From: an uncultured Candidatus Saccharibacteria bacterium
GTDB taxonomy: Bacteria > Patescibacteriota > Minisyncoccia > Phycocordibacterales > UBA9973
Length of the DNA: 64,000 nt
Direction: 5' to 3'
Assembly (NCBI GenBank): GCA_964602465.1
Contig: CAZRQQ010000001.1
Span: 253 to 64,252 of the forward strand
Of the stretch, positions 16,589 to 24,188 are shown one piece after another (the stretch's first letter is position 1; each line of letters begins with the position of its first letter). The position numbers and the translations under genes were made by a program. Under the pieces are notes generated by a model. That model had not been told where the DNA came from, did not search any database, and was given only the letters and a program-made list of their open reading frames with translations.

Positions 16589-17854
16589 CTAATATTGGAA
16601 TTGCCAAAGGAGACCGGTGGTTTTATCGACAAAGTAGAGCATACCGAGTGCCTCGTCGGTCTGGAGATTGGTCGCATCAAATGAAAGCCCACTGTTGTCA
16701 TAGAGTGTGTCGTAGCTGAGCGTGCTTGTATAAATGCGATAGAGTTGGTCTGAAAATGACACGATGCCCTGATACCATGCGTCAGGGTATTCTGCTGTCT
16801 GGGCGACACTTGAATTGCCCGCGCAGATCAAATCTTCGTTTTTGAGCCACGTGCATTTCTCGGGCAAGATCGCAAGACTCAGTGTTTGTGTCGTATTCGT
16901 CTTGGTATTGAAAAGTCGTGTACTAAATCCACCAGGCGCGTGTTGTGAATACAAGACGTATGTACCAGAAGGGCTCACAGAGGTTGTAAGGCCGTTGATA
17001 CCGGTGAGTACTTGGCGAAGCTTCTTTTCAGCTGTGTCTATTTTGTATAGATAGCCAGGTACTTGCGCGCTTGCCTTGGTTTGCAAATACAACGTCTTTG
17101 CAGATGGCCACGAGATCAACCATTCGCGAAACGGTGTTTGAATGAGTGTGGCCGCCTTGGTGTTGGTCGTAGAAGAAAGTGTGATCGTCGCAGTGTTTGT
17201 ACCAGATATCAGTCGTGCAACTTGCGTGCCGTCGGGTGAAACTGCAGCAGCAAGGATGTTGTCAGAGAAATACACACCAGGCTTTTGGGTGCGTGTGCCG
17301 TCAGTATTTGCGGGTGGGATTGGGACTGAGTAGGTTGCGATCGTGCGCTGGTCCGGACGAAGGAAGCGTAGAAGCACGGTTGCAAACTTGTCCCCAAAGA
17401 GTACTTCGTAAATGTTTGGAATATACACATTTGATATTTGAAGTGGGATACTGCCGTCTTCTATCTCATATACATACCCATTGCCACGCGATACATATCG
17501 GAGGACGTGCTGTATGAGAGTTTGTTTTGTAGATTTTGATTTCGGAATACTTGGATCTGGAGGGACTGTAACTGTCACTTGTCGTGTGAATGCGCCAAAG
17601 CCTGCAACTGCGTGCGGGCTGAGCTGGGTAAATGGAGATGGAGTTGTAGTACCAATAGTTTCGTCTGGAGACGTGGGTTGTGGAAGCACTCCATCAGGAA
17701 GTGTGGGCTCTACTGGATCCCCTACTGGAAAGAATGCGGAGAAGTTGGTGATAGACGGCACACCCGGCGCAGTTTGATGGCTTTTGGCATACCAATACCA
17801 TCCTCCACTCGCCACAACAATGATCACAATCGCAATCAAGAGAATTTTTCGCAT
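16589..17854 (-). CDS. Membrane-anchored hypothetical protein, possibly beta-propeller (TolB/PD40-like)
   Basis: N-terminal TM ILLIAIVIIVVASGGWYWY. Repetitive VSPDG../VSPSG.. segments. TACAAT lies 6 nt before the ATG. Confidence 0.55.
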   Translation of the reverse strand: MRKILLIAIVIIVVASGGWYWYAKSHQTAPGVPSITNFSAFFPVGDPVEPTLPDGVLPQPTSPDETIGTTTPSPFTQLSPHAVAGFGAFTRQVTVTVPPDPSIPKSKSTKQTLIQHVLRYVSRGNGYVYEIEDGSIPLQISNVYIPNIYEVLFGDKFATVLLRFLRPDQRTIATYSVPIPPANTDGTRTQKPGVYFSDNILAAAVSPDGTQVARLISGTNTATITLSSTTNTKAATLIQTPFREWLISWPSAKTLYLQTKASAQVPGYLYKIDTAEKKLRQVLTGINGLTTSVSPSGTYVLYSQHAPGGFSTRLFNTKTNTTQTLSLAILPEKCTWLKNEDLICAGNSSVAQTAEYPDAWYQGIVSFSDQLYRIYTSTLSYDTLYDNSGLSFDATNLQTDEALGMLYFVDKTTGLLWQFQY

Positions 17855-17874
17855 GAGTGTATTGTACTACATTA

Positions 17875-19350
17875 TTATTGTAGGAGACCTTTCGCTTTTT
17901 TATCAGCAATTTCTTTTTTGAACGTTGCCATTCTTCCTACAACTTGTCCGGCATAATCGACTCCACCAAATACACACTGACCAAAATACTTACATGCACC
18001 ATTATACGGACTTGCAATACCACCATGATTTTTCATAAATACTCCGATAAACATAAGGGCATCATCTATATTCCACGGATCTGCTGTAGTTTTTCCAAGA
18101 TTTTGCTTCACTTCTCCCTTGTGTGCATTCCATGTGGTAGGAAGTGATTGTGCATACCCTACTGCCCCACCGTGACCATTGTAAGTACCATCAGCTCGTT
18201 GGAATGAACACGATACAGGGAGATCATTCACGTTTCTTCCAAGCTCCGAAGCGATTTGTGCAAGCGCTGTTTTGTCTGCAGGGTATGCATTCGCCTTTGC
18301 TTCATTGATGCGACAACGACCAGTTCCGGCAATACCTGCACGCCCACTACCTGTTTCTTGGTCAAAAATTGCAAGAATAAGAGTAATATCGACACCTGTT
18401 TTTTCAGAAGCTTTTTTGGCCGCAGGATACGCTTCTTTATTGAAATTTATTTTTACCGGCTTTCCACTAAATGATGATGTCTGTGCCTCGGAGAGCTGAA
18501 ATTCTTCCACACTCAAATTAACATTATCGATATTTATTCTATTATTCACCAGCTTTGGATTGATAGTGTTCAAGATCAAGTATGCAGAAAGTGCGAGGAG
18601 GAGGCCAAAGAGTGAGCTGAAAAATGCATCTTTAGACGAAGCTTTTTTAAACGGAGTATCGGTCGTCATGTACTCATACCCGATGATCATGAGGCGTATG
18701 ACGAGAAAGACTGCAGTAAGTCCAATGAGTGTCTTGAATGCGAAGTTGAGAAATCCGTTCACATCACAGACTGCCCCTTCGGGAAGGACACCATCGGCTT
18801 TTTGCTGCGCACAGAGATCTGGGTCCATGAGTACGGAAAGTCCCGGCCATGGCGCGAGCAAGTGATAGCTTTTGGAATTGAAAATATCTTGCTCCTTTTT
18901 GCTTCCCGTCACAACAATGCCGTTAGTGCTACTAAATTCTCCAATTGTCGTATTGATCGACGTTGTGTCTTTAAATACTGTTTGTCTGAAATAATACGTC
19001 TTATCGGGGGTGAGAATATTATCTGGAAGTTTGAAATAATATGAGCCATCATCCGCAACTCCTTCTGGGCTACTTGTTTCAAGTGTTTTCTTTGATTTCA
19101 CCAATTGATAATTGCTCGGATCTTTATCTGGATCATTATTAAATTTTGTAGTTGACCATTTAAATTCAACAGACAAATCCTTTGCTGGATTTTTCGTGAT
19201 ATCGATCTTTCCTCCTCCGGTCGCAGTTCTCCCTTGCGCATTGATGACGATTGGAGTTGTGAAAAAGTCATCAGCGCGTACTGTATGTGTGCCAATCAAA
19301 AAGATTGTGATAGTAAGTATGATCGAGAAAAGGTGTTTGAGGCGATGCAT
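17875..19350 (-). CDS. Secreted/membrane protein with a C-terminal lytic transglycosylase-like (VirB1-like) domain
   Basis: Start trimmed to the signal peptide MHRLKHLFSIILTITIFLIGTHTVRA. Mid TM pair (pilin/TrbC-like). C-terminal GAVGYAQSLPTTW...DPWNIDDALMFIG resembles SLT_2/MltB. Confidence 0.6.
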   Translation of the reverse strand: MHRLKHLFSIILTITIFLIGTHTVRADDFFTTPIVINAQGRTATGGGKIDITKNPAKDLSVEFKWSTTKFNNDPDKDPSNYQLVKSKKTLETSSPEGVADDGSYYFKLPDNILTPDKTYYFRQTVFKDTTSINTTIGEFSSTNGIVVTGSKKEQDIFNSKSYHLLAPWPGLSVLMDPDLCAQQKADGVLPEGAVCDVNGFLNFAFKTLIGLTAVFLVIRLMIIGYEYMTTDTPFKKASSKDAFFSSLFGLLLALSAYLILNTINPKLVNNRINIDNVNLSVEEFQLSEAQTSSFSGKPVKINFNKEAYPAAKKASEKTGVDITLILAIFDQETGSGRAGIAGTGRCRINEAKANAYPADKTALAQIASELGRNVNDLPVSCSFQRADGTYNGHGGAVGYAQSLPTTWNAHKGEVKQNLGKTTADPWNIDDALMFIGVFMKNHGGIASPYNGACKYFGQCVFGGVDYAGQVVGRMATFKKEIADKKAKGLLQ

Positions 19351-19351
19351 A

Positions 19352-20287
19352 TTAGTTAAAGAGAAGCGTAAAGGTTTTTTCGAGATGCTGCAAGCTATAC
19401 GCGTCAGTGGTGATTGCAAGGTTGATCAGGCTCTGTCCATCAGATGCTGGACGCGAGAGGCCGAGTTCGTTTTGCTGCGATGGAGACACGATCTCGCCGT
19501 CGATCGTGGTAGTAAAAGTGAGATCGTTTATACCTTTGGGTGCGGAAAAGTAGTATGGTTCGAGATGGAGCACGATGCCGCCCGTTACGAGATTGATCTG
19601 ATTTGCAAAGCCACGCGCGTAGTCGATAAATCCTTCTTTGTTCTGGTATGCGATCGCAAGTGGTGCAAAGGGGGTGAGACGAAGGCTGTTGGTACCTGAG
19701 AATGTACCGCTCCGTGCCTCTACACCTAGTGTTTCAGCTGCATTGAGGGGATCGTGGCGAAGCGTAATGCTCGAGCGGTTGTACCCAGAGACCGTTTCGA
19801 GCGCCTGCCCATTTCGTGTCCAGTCAAAACTCAGATTTTTGGGCGCGGCTGCAGTTGGGATGGCAGTTGCACGAATAAGGCCACCGACTGGGACTAAGGC
19901 TTTGCCTTTATAAAATGGCGGTGTGTATGCATCTGCTGCTTCCCAAAGAAGATCGATACTTCCGGGGCGGATCGCAACACTTGCACTTGCAGTTTCGAGC
20001 CCTATCCCCCCTACTCGCACCGTTGCAACTGCAGTCGTGCCATTTGCGGGTGCAATGACGGAAATAGATGTTCGTCCAATCGCTTCGACCACAACCTTGC
20101 CGTTGTATGTCCAGCTCATCGTTGCCTGGCTGAGGTCGACGCCAAAGCTACGCGCAGTGAGCGTCACCGTGCTTCCAGCAGCTGGATTGCTCGGAATCAT
20201 ATCAATCGCGATGTCGGGACTGAGTGTTTGTGCAAATGTACTTGTAGTAATAAGGAAACTCGCAAGTACTAAAGTCAGAAAACGCAT
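19352..20287 (-). CDS. Secreted hypothetical protein (311 aa)
   Basis: Signal peptide MRFLTLVLASFLITTSTFAQT. TATACT lies 6 nt before the ATG. Confidence 0.55.
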   Translation of the reverse strand: MRFLTLVLASFLITTSTFAQTLSPDIAIDMIPSNPAAGSTVTLTARSFGVDLSQATMSWTYNGKVVVEAIGRTSISVIAPANGTTAVATVRVGGIGLETASASVAIRPGSIDLLWEAADAYTPPFYKGKALVPVGGLIRATAIPTAAAPKNLSFDWTRNGQALETVSGYNRSSITLRHDPLNAAETLGVEARSGTFSGTNSLRLTPFAPLAIAYQNKEGFIDYARGFANQINLVTGGIVLHLEPYYFSAPKGINDLTFTTTIDGEIVSPSQQNELGLSRPASDGQSLINLAITTDAYSLQHLEKTFTLLFN

Positions 20288-20329
20288 GAAGAAAGTATAT
20301 CACGCACCAAACTTGTTTTTTACGATAGA

Positions 20330-20497
20330 GCAGCAGCTGTACGTATTTGCCGTCTTTCGCAAGACGACTGGTCTGAGGTGGGGCAATAAAACACAAACTG
20401 CTTTGTGTTTTATCCGGTTCCGAAGGAAATTGCCGTTGCGAAGCAGGCAATAGGCCAGCAGAAAAATACGCGACGGCAAATTACGTACAGCTGCTGC
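20330..20497. repeat. 25/26-bp inverted repeat enclosing a multi-hairpin core (candidate structured RNA / complex terminator)
   Basis: gcagcagctgtacgtatttgccgtc (20330..20354) versus gacggcaaattacgtacagctgctgc (20472..20497). Inner helices: 20368..20374/20452..20458, a 12-bp hairpin at 20386..20413, ttcc-gaa-ggaa at 20418..20428, and a hairpin at 20429..20451. Confidence 0.8.
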
Positions 20498-20508
20498 GAA
20501 TGAAATAA

Positions 20509-22317
20509 CTACGAATTCTGTTCGCTAAACTCTTTCTTTGCGGCGCGGATGGAAATGATTTGCGAAGGATCTGATGTAATGATTTGGTCTTCGGTGTAGG
20601 ATGCGATGATTTTGATCGCGACGTGTTTGAGACCTGCGAAAAAGATGCCTTCCCCTACTCCGCTTTCAAGGAGTAAAAACTTTTCTTCGTCAGTGAGGTT
20701 GAAGGTTTTTTGCAAGACGTCCATGGTGGACGGTGACTGTTTGAGGAGGAGTTGGATTGATGAGTTGGTGACGATTGGGACGCCATAGGGACTTTTCATA
20801 AAGTCGCCCACGTCCTGGGTGATTGTACAAAGCCCGAGATAGTATTTGCGGCCGCGCTTTGCGATCGAGTACAGGAAGCTTGCAGTGTCGTCTGACTTCA
20901 TCATCCACCATGCCTCATCGACGACAAGGAGACGCTTCTTGAGTTCCTTGCGCACTGCGTTCCAGATGAAGTGCGTCACGATATACATCGCTGCTGGCTT
21001 GAGGTCGTCTTCCATGTCGCGCACTGAGAAGACCACAAACTTTTTGTTGATGTCGACATTGGTCGGTTGGTTGATGAAAGTCGCCCATGAGCCGTGGGTG
21101 TACTTGGTAAGACGCTGGAGGATTGATTCAGTCCCTTCCATGCCGCCGAGCACCATTTCAAAGTCAGAGAGAAGTGGCGGTTCGATTGTTGCAAAGTTGC
21201 TATCCGCAGTGATGTCTTTGAGACTGTACGTTTCAGTGATCGCGCGATCGATGAGTGAATCTTCTTCGGGGGTAAGGCCGCCGAGCATAATGCGAAAGAG
21301 TCCAACGAGGTTGATCACATTGGTACGAAGGACGTCTGCCGGAGATTCGTCAACGCGCGGGATTGGTAAATCAAAAGGGTTGATATGGTTGTCAGATGAA
21401 AGCGAAATGTTGAAGTAGCGTCCGCCGATCGCTTCTGCGAGATACTCATATTCACGTTCCGGGTCGATCACGATGACGTCAGTATCAAACATGAGTGTAC
21501 GAATGATCTCGAGCTTGGTCGCATAACTTTTACCTGCACCGGATTTGGCAAAGATGATGGAGTTGTAGTTTTCGAGTGAGAAGCGATCAAAGATCACAAG
21601 AGATGAGTTGTGGCGATTGACGCCATAGAGGATACCTTCATCTCCGGTGAGATCAAACGATACAAACGGAAACATACTCGAGATGGGTTCTGAATTGAGC
21701 TTCTGTGTGATACCAAGCTTGTCAGTGCCAAGCGGGATCACACTCTTGAAGCCGTCTTCTTCTTGAAAGAGTGCGGGCTTGATGTAGATCATCTTGCCTT
21801 CGAGCATGCTCTTGATCTCGCTTTCAGTGCGGAAGAGGTCGTTCTCATTTTCGGCATAGATCGAGATATAGAAACCGACGTTGAACATTTTCTCCTGTGC
21901 CTGGGTGAGGTTGTCACGGAGTTCCTCGAGGTCTTGGTATGCGGTGTCGAGCATTGGGTCGCGTACCACCCCTTTTTGCTGACGGACAATGATCTGACTT
22001 TCGACTTCGGCGATCTTCTTTTGAAAATGTTTCAAGAGCTCGGCAGTTTCGATTGGGTTGATATAAATAGAAACGTCAAAAATCTTGTCGAGGTTGATGA
22101 TGGGAGTAAACCAGTTGTCCGTAAGGTAGCGTGGGTATGAAATGACAAAAAAGGTGCGCACGATCTTATCCCCAATGCGCATGGACTTAGGTGTGATCTC
22201 GATCGCAGACGGCGCGATCTTGTCGGAGAGTTCCATCTGCGCCCATTCATATACTTCGGACGGAAGTACGGGAAGTGTCTTATCATCTTTTTTCTTACTG
22301 GAACCAAAGAGACTCAT
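20509..22317 (-). CDS. virB4: VirB4/TrbE/PrgJ-type type IV secretion ATPase (C-terminal about 600 aa)
   Basis: Walker A FAKSGAGKSYATK, Walker B RLLVVDEAWWMM, and IGDKIVRTFFVISYPRYL typical of Gram-positive VirB4 proteins. Confidence 0.9.
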   Translation of the reverse strand: MSLFGSSKKKDDKTLPVLPSEVYEWAQMELSDKIAPSAIEITPKSMRIGDKIVRTFFVISYPRYLTDNWFTPIINLDKIFDVSIYINPIETAELLKHFQKKIAEVESQIIVRQQKGVVRDPMLDTAYQDLEELRDNLTQAQEKMFNVGFYISIYAENENDLFRTESEIKSMLEGKMIYIKPALFQEEDGFKSVIPLGTDKLGITQKLNSEPISSMFPFVSFDLTGDEGILYGVNRHNSSLVIFDRFSLENYNSIIFAKSGAGKSYATKLEIIRTLMFDTDVIVIDPEREYEYLAEAIGGRYFNISLSSDNHINPFDLPIPRVDESPADVLRTNVINLVGLFRIMLGGLTPEEDSLIDRAITETYSLKDITADSNFATIEPPLLSDFEMVLGGMEGTESILQRLTKYTHGSWATFINQPTNVDINKKFVVFSVRDMEDDLKPAAMYIVTHFIWNAVRKELKKRLLVVDEAWWMMKSDDTASFLYSIAKRGRKYYLGLCTITQDVGDFMKSPYGVPIVTNSSIQLLLKQSPSTMDVLQKTFNLTDEEKFLLLESGVGEGIFFAGLKHVAIKIIASYTEDQIITSDPSQIISIRAAKKEFSEQNS

Positions 22318-22343
22318 TGCCTCAGTAGTATACCGTAGGAGTT

Positions 22344-22424
22344 AGTTAGTAGATAGTAGTTAGTTGTTAGTAGAAATACGCACGATATCCTTCTGTGTCT
22401 CCTACAGACTACTATCTACTTACT
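22344..22424. repeat. TAGT-rich palindromic element, copy B (between the two VirB4-like ORFs)
   Basis: Arms agttagtagatagtagt (22344..22360) and actactatctacttact (22408..22424). The right arm contains the stop codon of 22416..23057. TATACT (22327..22332, minus strand) lies 9 nt before ATG 22317. Confidence 0.75.
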
Positions 22425-23057
22425 ACTCACTGCCTGGGTAACGGTGTCGCCAGGGTTAAATGTTTTGTACAAAAGCTCAATCACCTCTTCAGTGCCGAGC
22501 TGTGCAACGCGAAGCCCGACGCGTGAAAGTCCTTGTTCGACGACACTCACCCGCTCTTCGAGCTGAGTACGCTGCTCTTCAAAGTCAGTGATGCTCTGCG
22601 TAGTCTCGGCAGATCGTTTATTGAGAAACGAAAGCATTTTGCCCAACCCCTTTTCTTGGCTCAAGATCGGCGGGATGTACGGAATGATCACAAAGAAACT
22701 CTTGCGCATGATGTTGACCTGATCAGTGAAACTCTGAATGAACTGAATGTATTCACGGGTCTGTACCTGAAGCAAAGGCTCGGTCTGTTCTTTGAGGCGA
22801 TTTTGAAGCGTCAGTATATATGGGCGAACGTCATAGCGGCGTGACTGGATGCTGATCTGTATCGGGAAGTCGAGTGTGTTGAGAAAGCTTTGAAACTGCG
22901 CAAGGGTCGCACGCTGCTCGTCATAGGATTTGAGTGAGAGGTTGATCGAAGAGACAAGCACGGCCATTGCAAGCGTGCCGTCTTTCATGACGATGATACC
23001 GTCGCGGACTTCTTTGACAGGGACAAATTGTTGTGCGGGTGTTCCGAGATTTGCCAT
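22416..23057 (-). CDS. Protein resembling the N-terminal domain of Gram-positive VirB4 ATPases (213 aa)
   Basis: QQFVPVKEVRDGIIVMKDGTLAMAVLVSSINLSLKSYDEQ...FLNTLDFPIQISIQSRR matches, from memory, the N-terminal segment of PrgJ/TcpF/Orf16-class proteins. Confidence 0.55.
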   Translation of the reverse strand: MANLGTPAQQFVPVKEVRDGIIVMKDGTLAMAVLVSSINLSLKSYDEQRATLAQFQSFLNTLDFPIQISIQSRRYDVRPYILTLQNRLKEQTEPLLQVQTREYIQFIQSFTDQVNIMRKSFFVIIPYIPPILSQEKGLGKMLSFLNKRSAETTQSITDFEEQRTQLEERVSVVEQGLSRVGLRVAQLGTEEVIELLYKTFNPGDTVTQAVSSK

Positions 23058-23077
23058 TGCGTACAGTATAGCAAGTT

Positions 23078-23147
23078 AGTAGTAAGTAGATAGTCGTTAG
23101 TAGAAACGTTTTTGTGATCTCCTACTAACTACTATCTATTTACTACT
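23078..23147. repeat. TAGT-rich palindromic element, copy C
   Basis: 26-nt arms agtagtaagtagatagtcgttagtag (23078..23103) and ctactaactactatctatttactact (23122..23147), 24 of 26 complementary. The right arm encodes ..SSK-stop of the PrgI-like gene. Confidence 0.8.
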
Positions 23148-23546
23148 TTCTGATTTAGGGTCGATAACGTCGAGGCTCCAGGAGAGTGTTTTGAGTTTGC
23201 TTTCGGTAAGGCCGCTTCTGCTTTGACTTGCAGTTGCTTCGGGAACTGTCTTTTGGGGAGCCTTTGGGTCTTGCTTGTGCCAAAGGTAGAGTCGTGAGCG
23301 CGTGTAAAACTTGATGAAGGATTCGACGACGTTGATAAACGGCTTGTCGTTGTATTTGAAAAATGTCAGCGCGAGCGCAAACCCGGCAAGCGCAAATGCA
23401 ATCGGAAGCGCGATGAGGATTGGAAGAAACTTAAACGTAAGGTACACAAGCCCTGCTCCTCCAGCGAGATAAATGAATTGCCGAAACGTAAACGGTCCAA
23501 AGACTTTGTCTTCGATATCAATGAATTGCGGAACCTTGAACTGCAT
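23136..23546 (-). CDS. PrgI-family (VirB3-like) type IV secretion membrane protein
   Basis: MQFKVPQFIDIEDKVFGPFTFRQFIYLAGGAGLVYL plus two TM helices. Sits upstream of the VirB4 genes. Confidence 0.7.
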   Translation of the reverse strand: MQFKVPQFIDIEDKVFGPFTFRQFIYLAGGAGLVYLTFKFLPILIALPIAFALAGFALALTFFKYNDKPFINVVESFIKFYTRSRLYLWHKQDPKAPQKTVPEATASQSRSGLTESKLKTLSWSLDVIDPKSESSK

Positions 23547-23567
23547 GAAGTCAGTATACAGTAGTCA

Positions 23568-23629
23568 GCTAGTAGTTAGTAGTAGAACGCAATGATTGGT
23601 TGCGCTCTACTATCCACACACTACTTACT
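23568..23629. repeat. TAGT-rich palindromic element, copy D (more diverged)
   Basis: Inner stem gtagaacgcaa/ttgcgctctac (23582..23592 / 23600..23610). Outer TAGT-rich arms. Right arm contains agtaagtag, which encodes ..SK-stop of 23621..24187. Confidence 0.6.
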
Positions 23630-24187
23630 GCCGTCTATCGGCTCTAGGTACGGGTCAACTTTCTTGGATGCATCGGATGCGGGGATTGCTTCAGCTAGAG
23701 GTTTTGCCTGCCCCGCGGAGCCTTGGCGAAGTGGGGGTTGTACCGCCGGCGTTTCGGTGTATACCCGCTTAGTTGGTGTAAGGGTTATGGGGGTCGTGAA
23801 GGTTTGTGACATGCGAGCAATACTGTCGGAAGATACAGATTTTGCAGGAACGATGCTTGGAGCTAGAGAATCCATCTCGCTGCTCACTTCTATAAGAAGC
23901 TGAAGTTCATCAATAACCTTTTCTTGGATAATAGTCTTGATTTTATTTTTTGTTTCTATGCTTATCGGTAGTCCATCAATATAACCAACGACTTCTTCAA
24001 GAGTACTTGTACCGAGCAGATAAAACGTTACATCGTTGTATATGTGTTCTGTTTGTTCTGAATTATTGAGAAGTGTACCAATTTCTGAAACAACCTTTTC
24101 TAAGCCTTCTTCAAATATAAAGTCACTCACTTCTTGTGGGAGTTCTTCAATATTGTTTTCTATTGTATTTCCAAGATCGTTATTCAT
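23621..24187 (-). CDS. Acidic hypothetical protein (188 aa)
   Basis: Intact ORF. Its start is 1 nt after the stop of the upstream gene. Contains the GC-rich 30-mer. Confidence 0.5.
   Translation of the reverse strand: MNNDLGNTIENNIEELPQEVSDFIFEEGLEKVVSEIGTLLNNSEQTEHIYNDVTFYLLGTSTLEEVVGYIDGLPISIETKNKIKTIIQEKVIDELQLLIEVSSEMDSLAPSIVPAKSVSSDSIARMSQTFTTPITLTPTKRVYTETPAVQPPLRQGSAGQAKPLAEAIPASDASKKVDPYLEPIDGSK
23707..23736. repeat. GC-rich 30-mer repeat, copy 1 (inside a CDS)
   Basis: cctgccccgcggagccttggcgaagtgggg is 26/30 identical to 32562..32591. Confidence 0.85.
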
Positions 24188-24188
24188 A

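Noticed and set aside
20429-20458. SRP (4.5S) RNA. GAAGCAGGCAAUAGGCCAG resembles the conserved GAAGCAGCCAAGGCAG of helix 8.
   Set aside because: In this sequence those bases are locked in a simple hairpin with a GAA triloop. There is no GNRA tetraloop, and no symmetric or asymmetric loop pair with a matching 5' strand.
20846-21418. Long antisense or alternative-frame ORFs inside large genes. Examples: 190 aa inside virB4, 177 aa at 28038..28571, 193 aa at 34708..35289, 187 aa at 39089..39652.
   Set aside because: They are embedded in genes with strong homology on the other strand or frame. Their biased composition (Ser/Arg/Pro-rich) is typical of shadow ORFs.
22318-23629. CRISPR-like array, because of the recurring TAGT-rich repeats.
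   Set aside because: The repeats are palindromic arms of intergenic hairpins separated by whole genes. They are not short direct repeats with regular spacers, and no cas genes are present.
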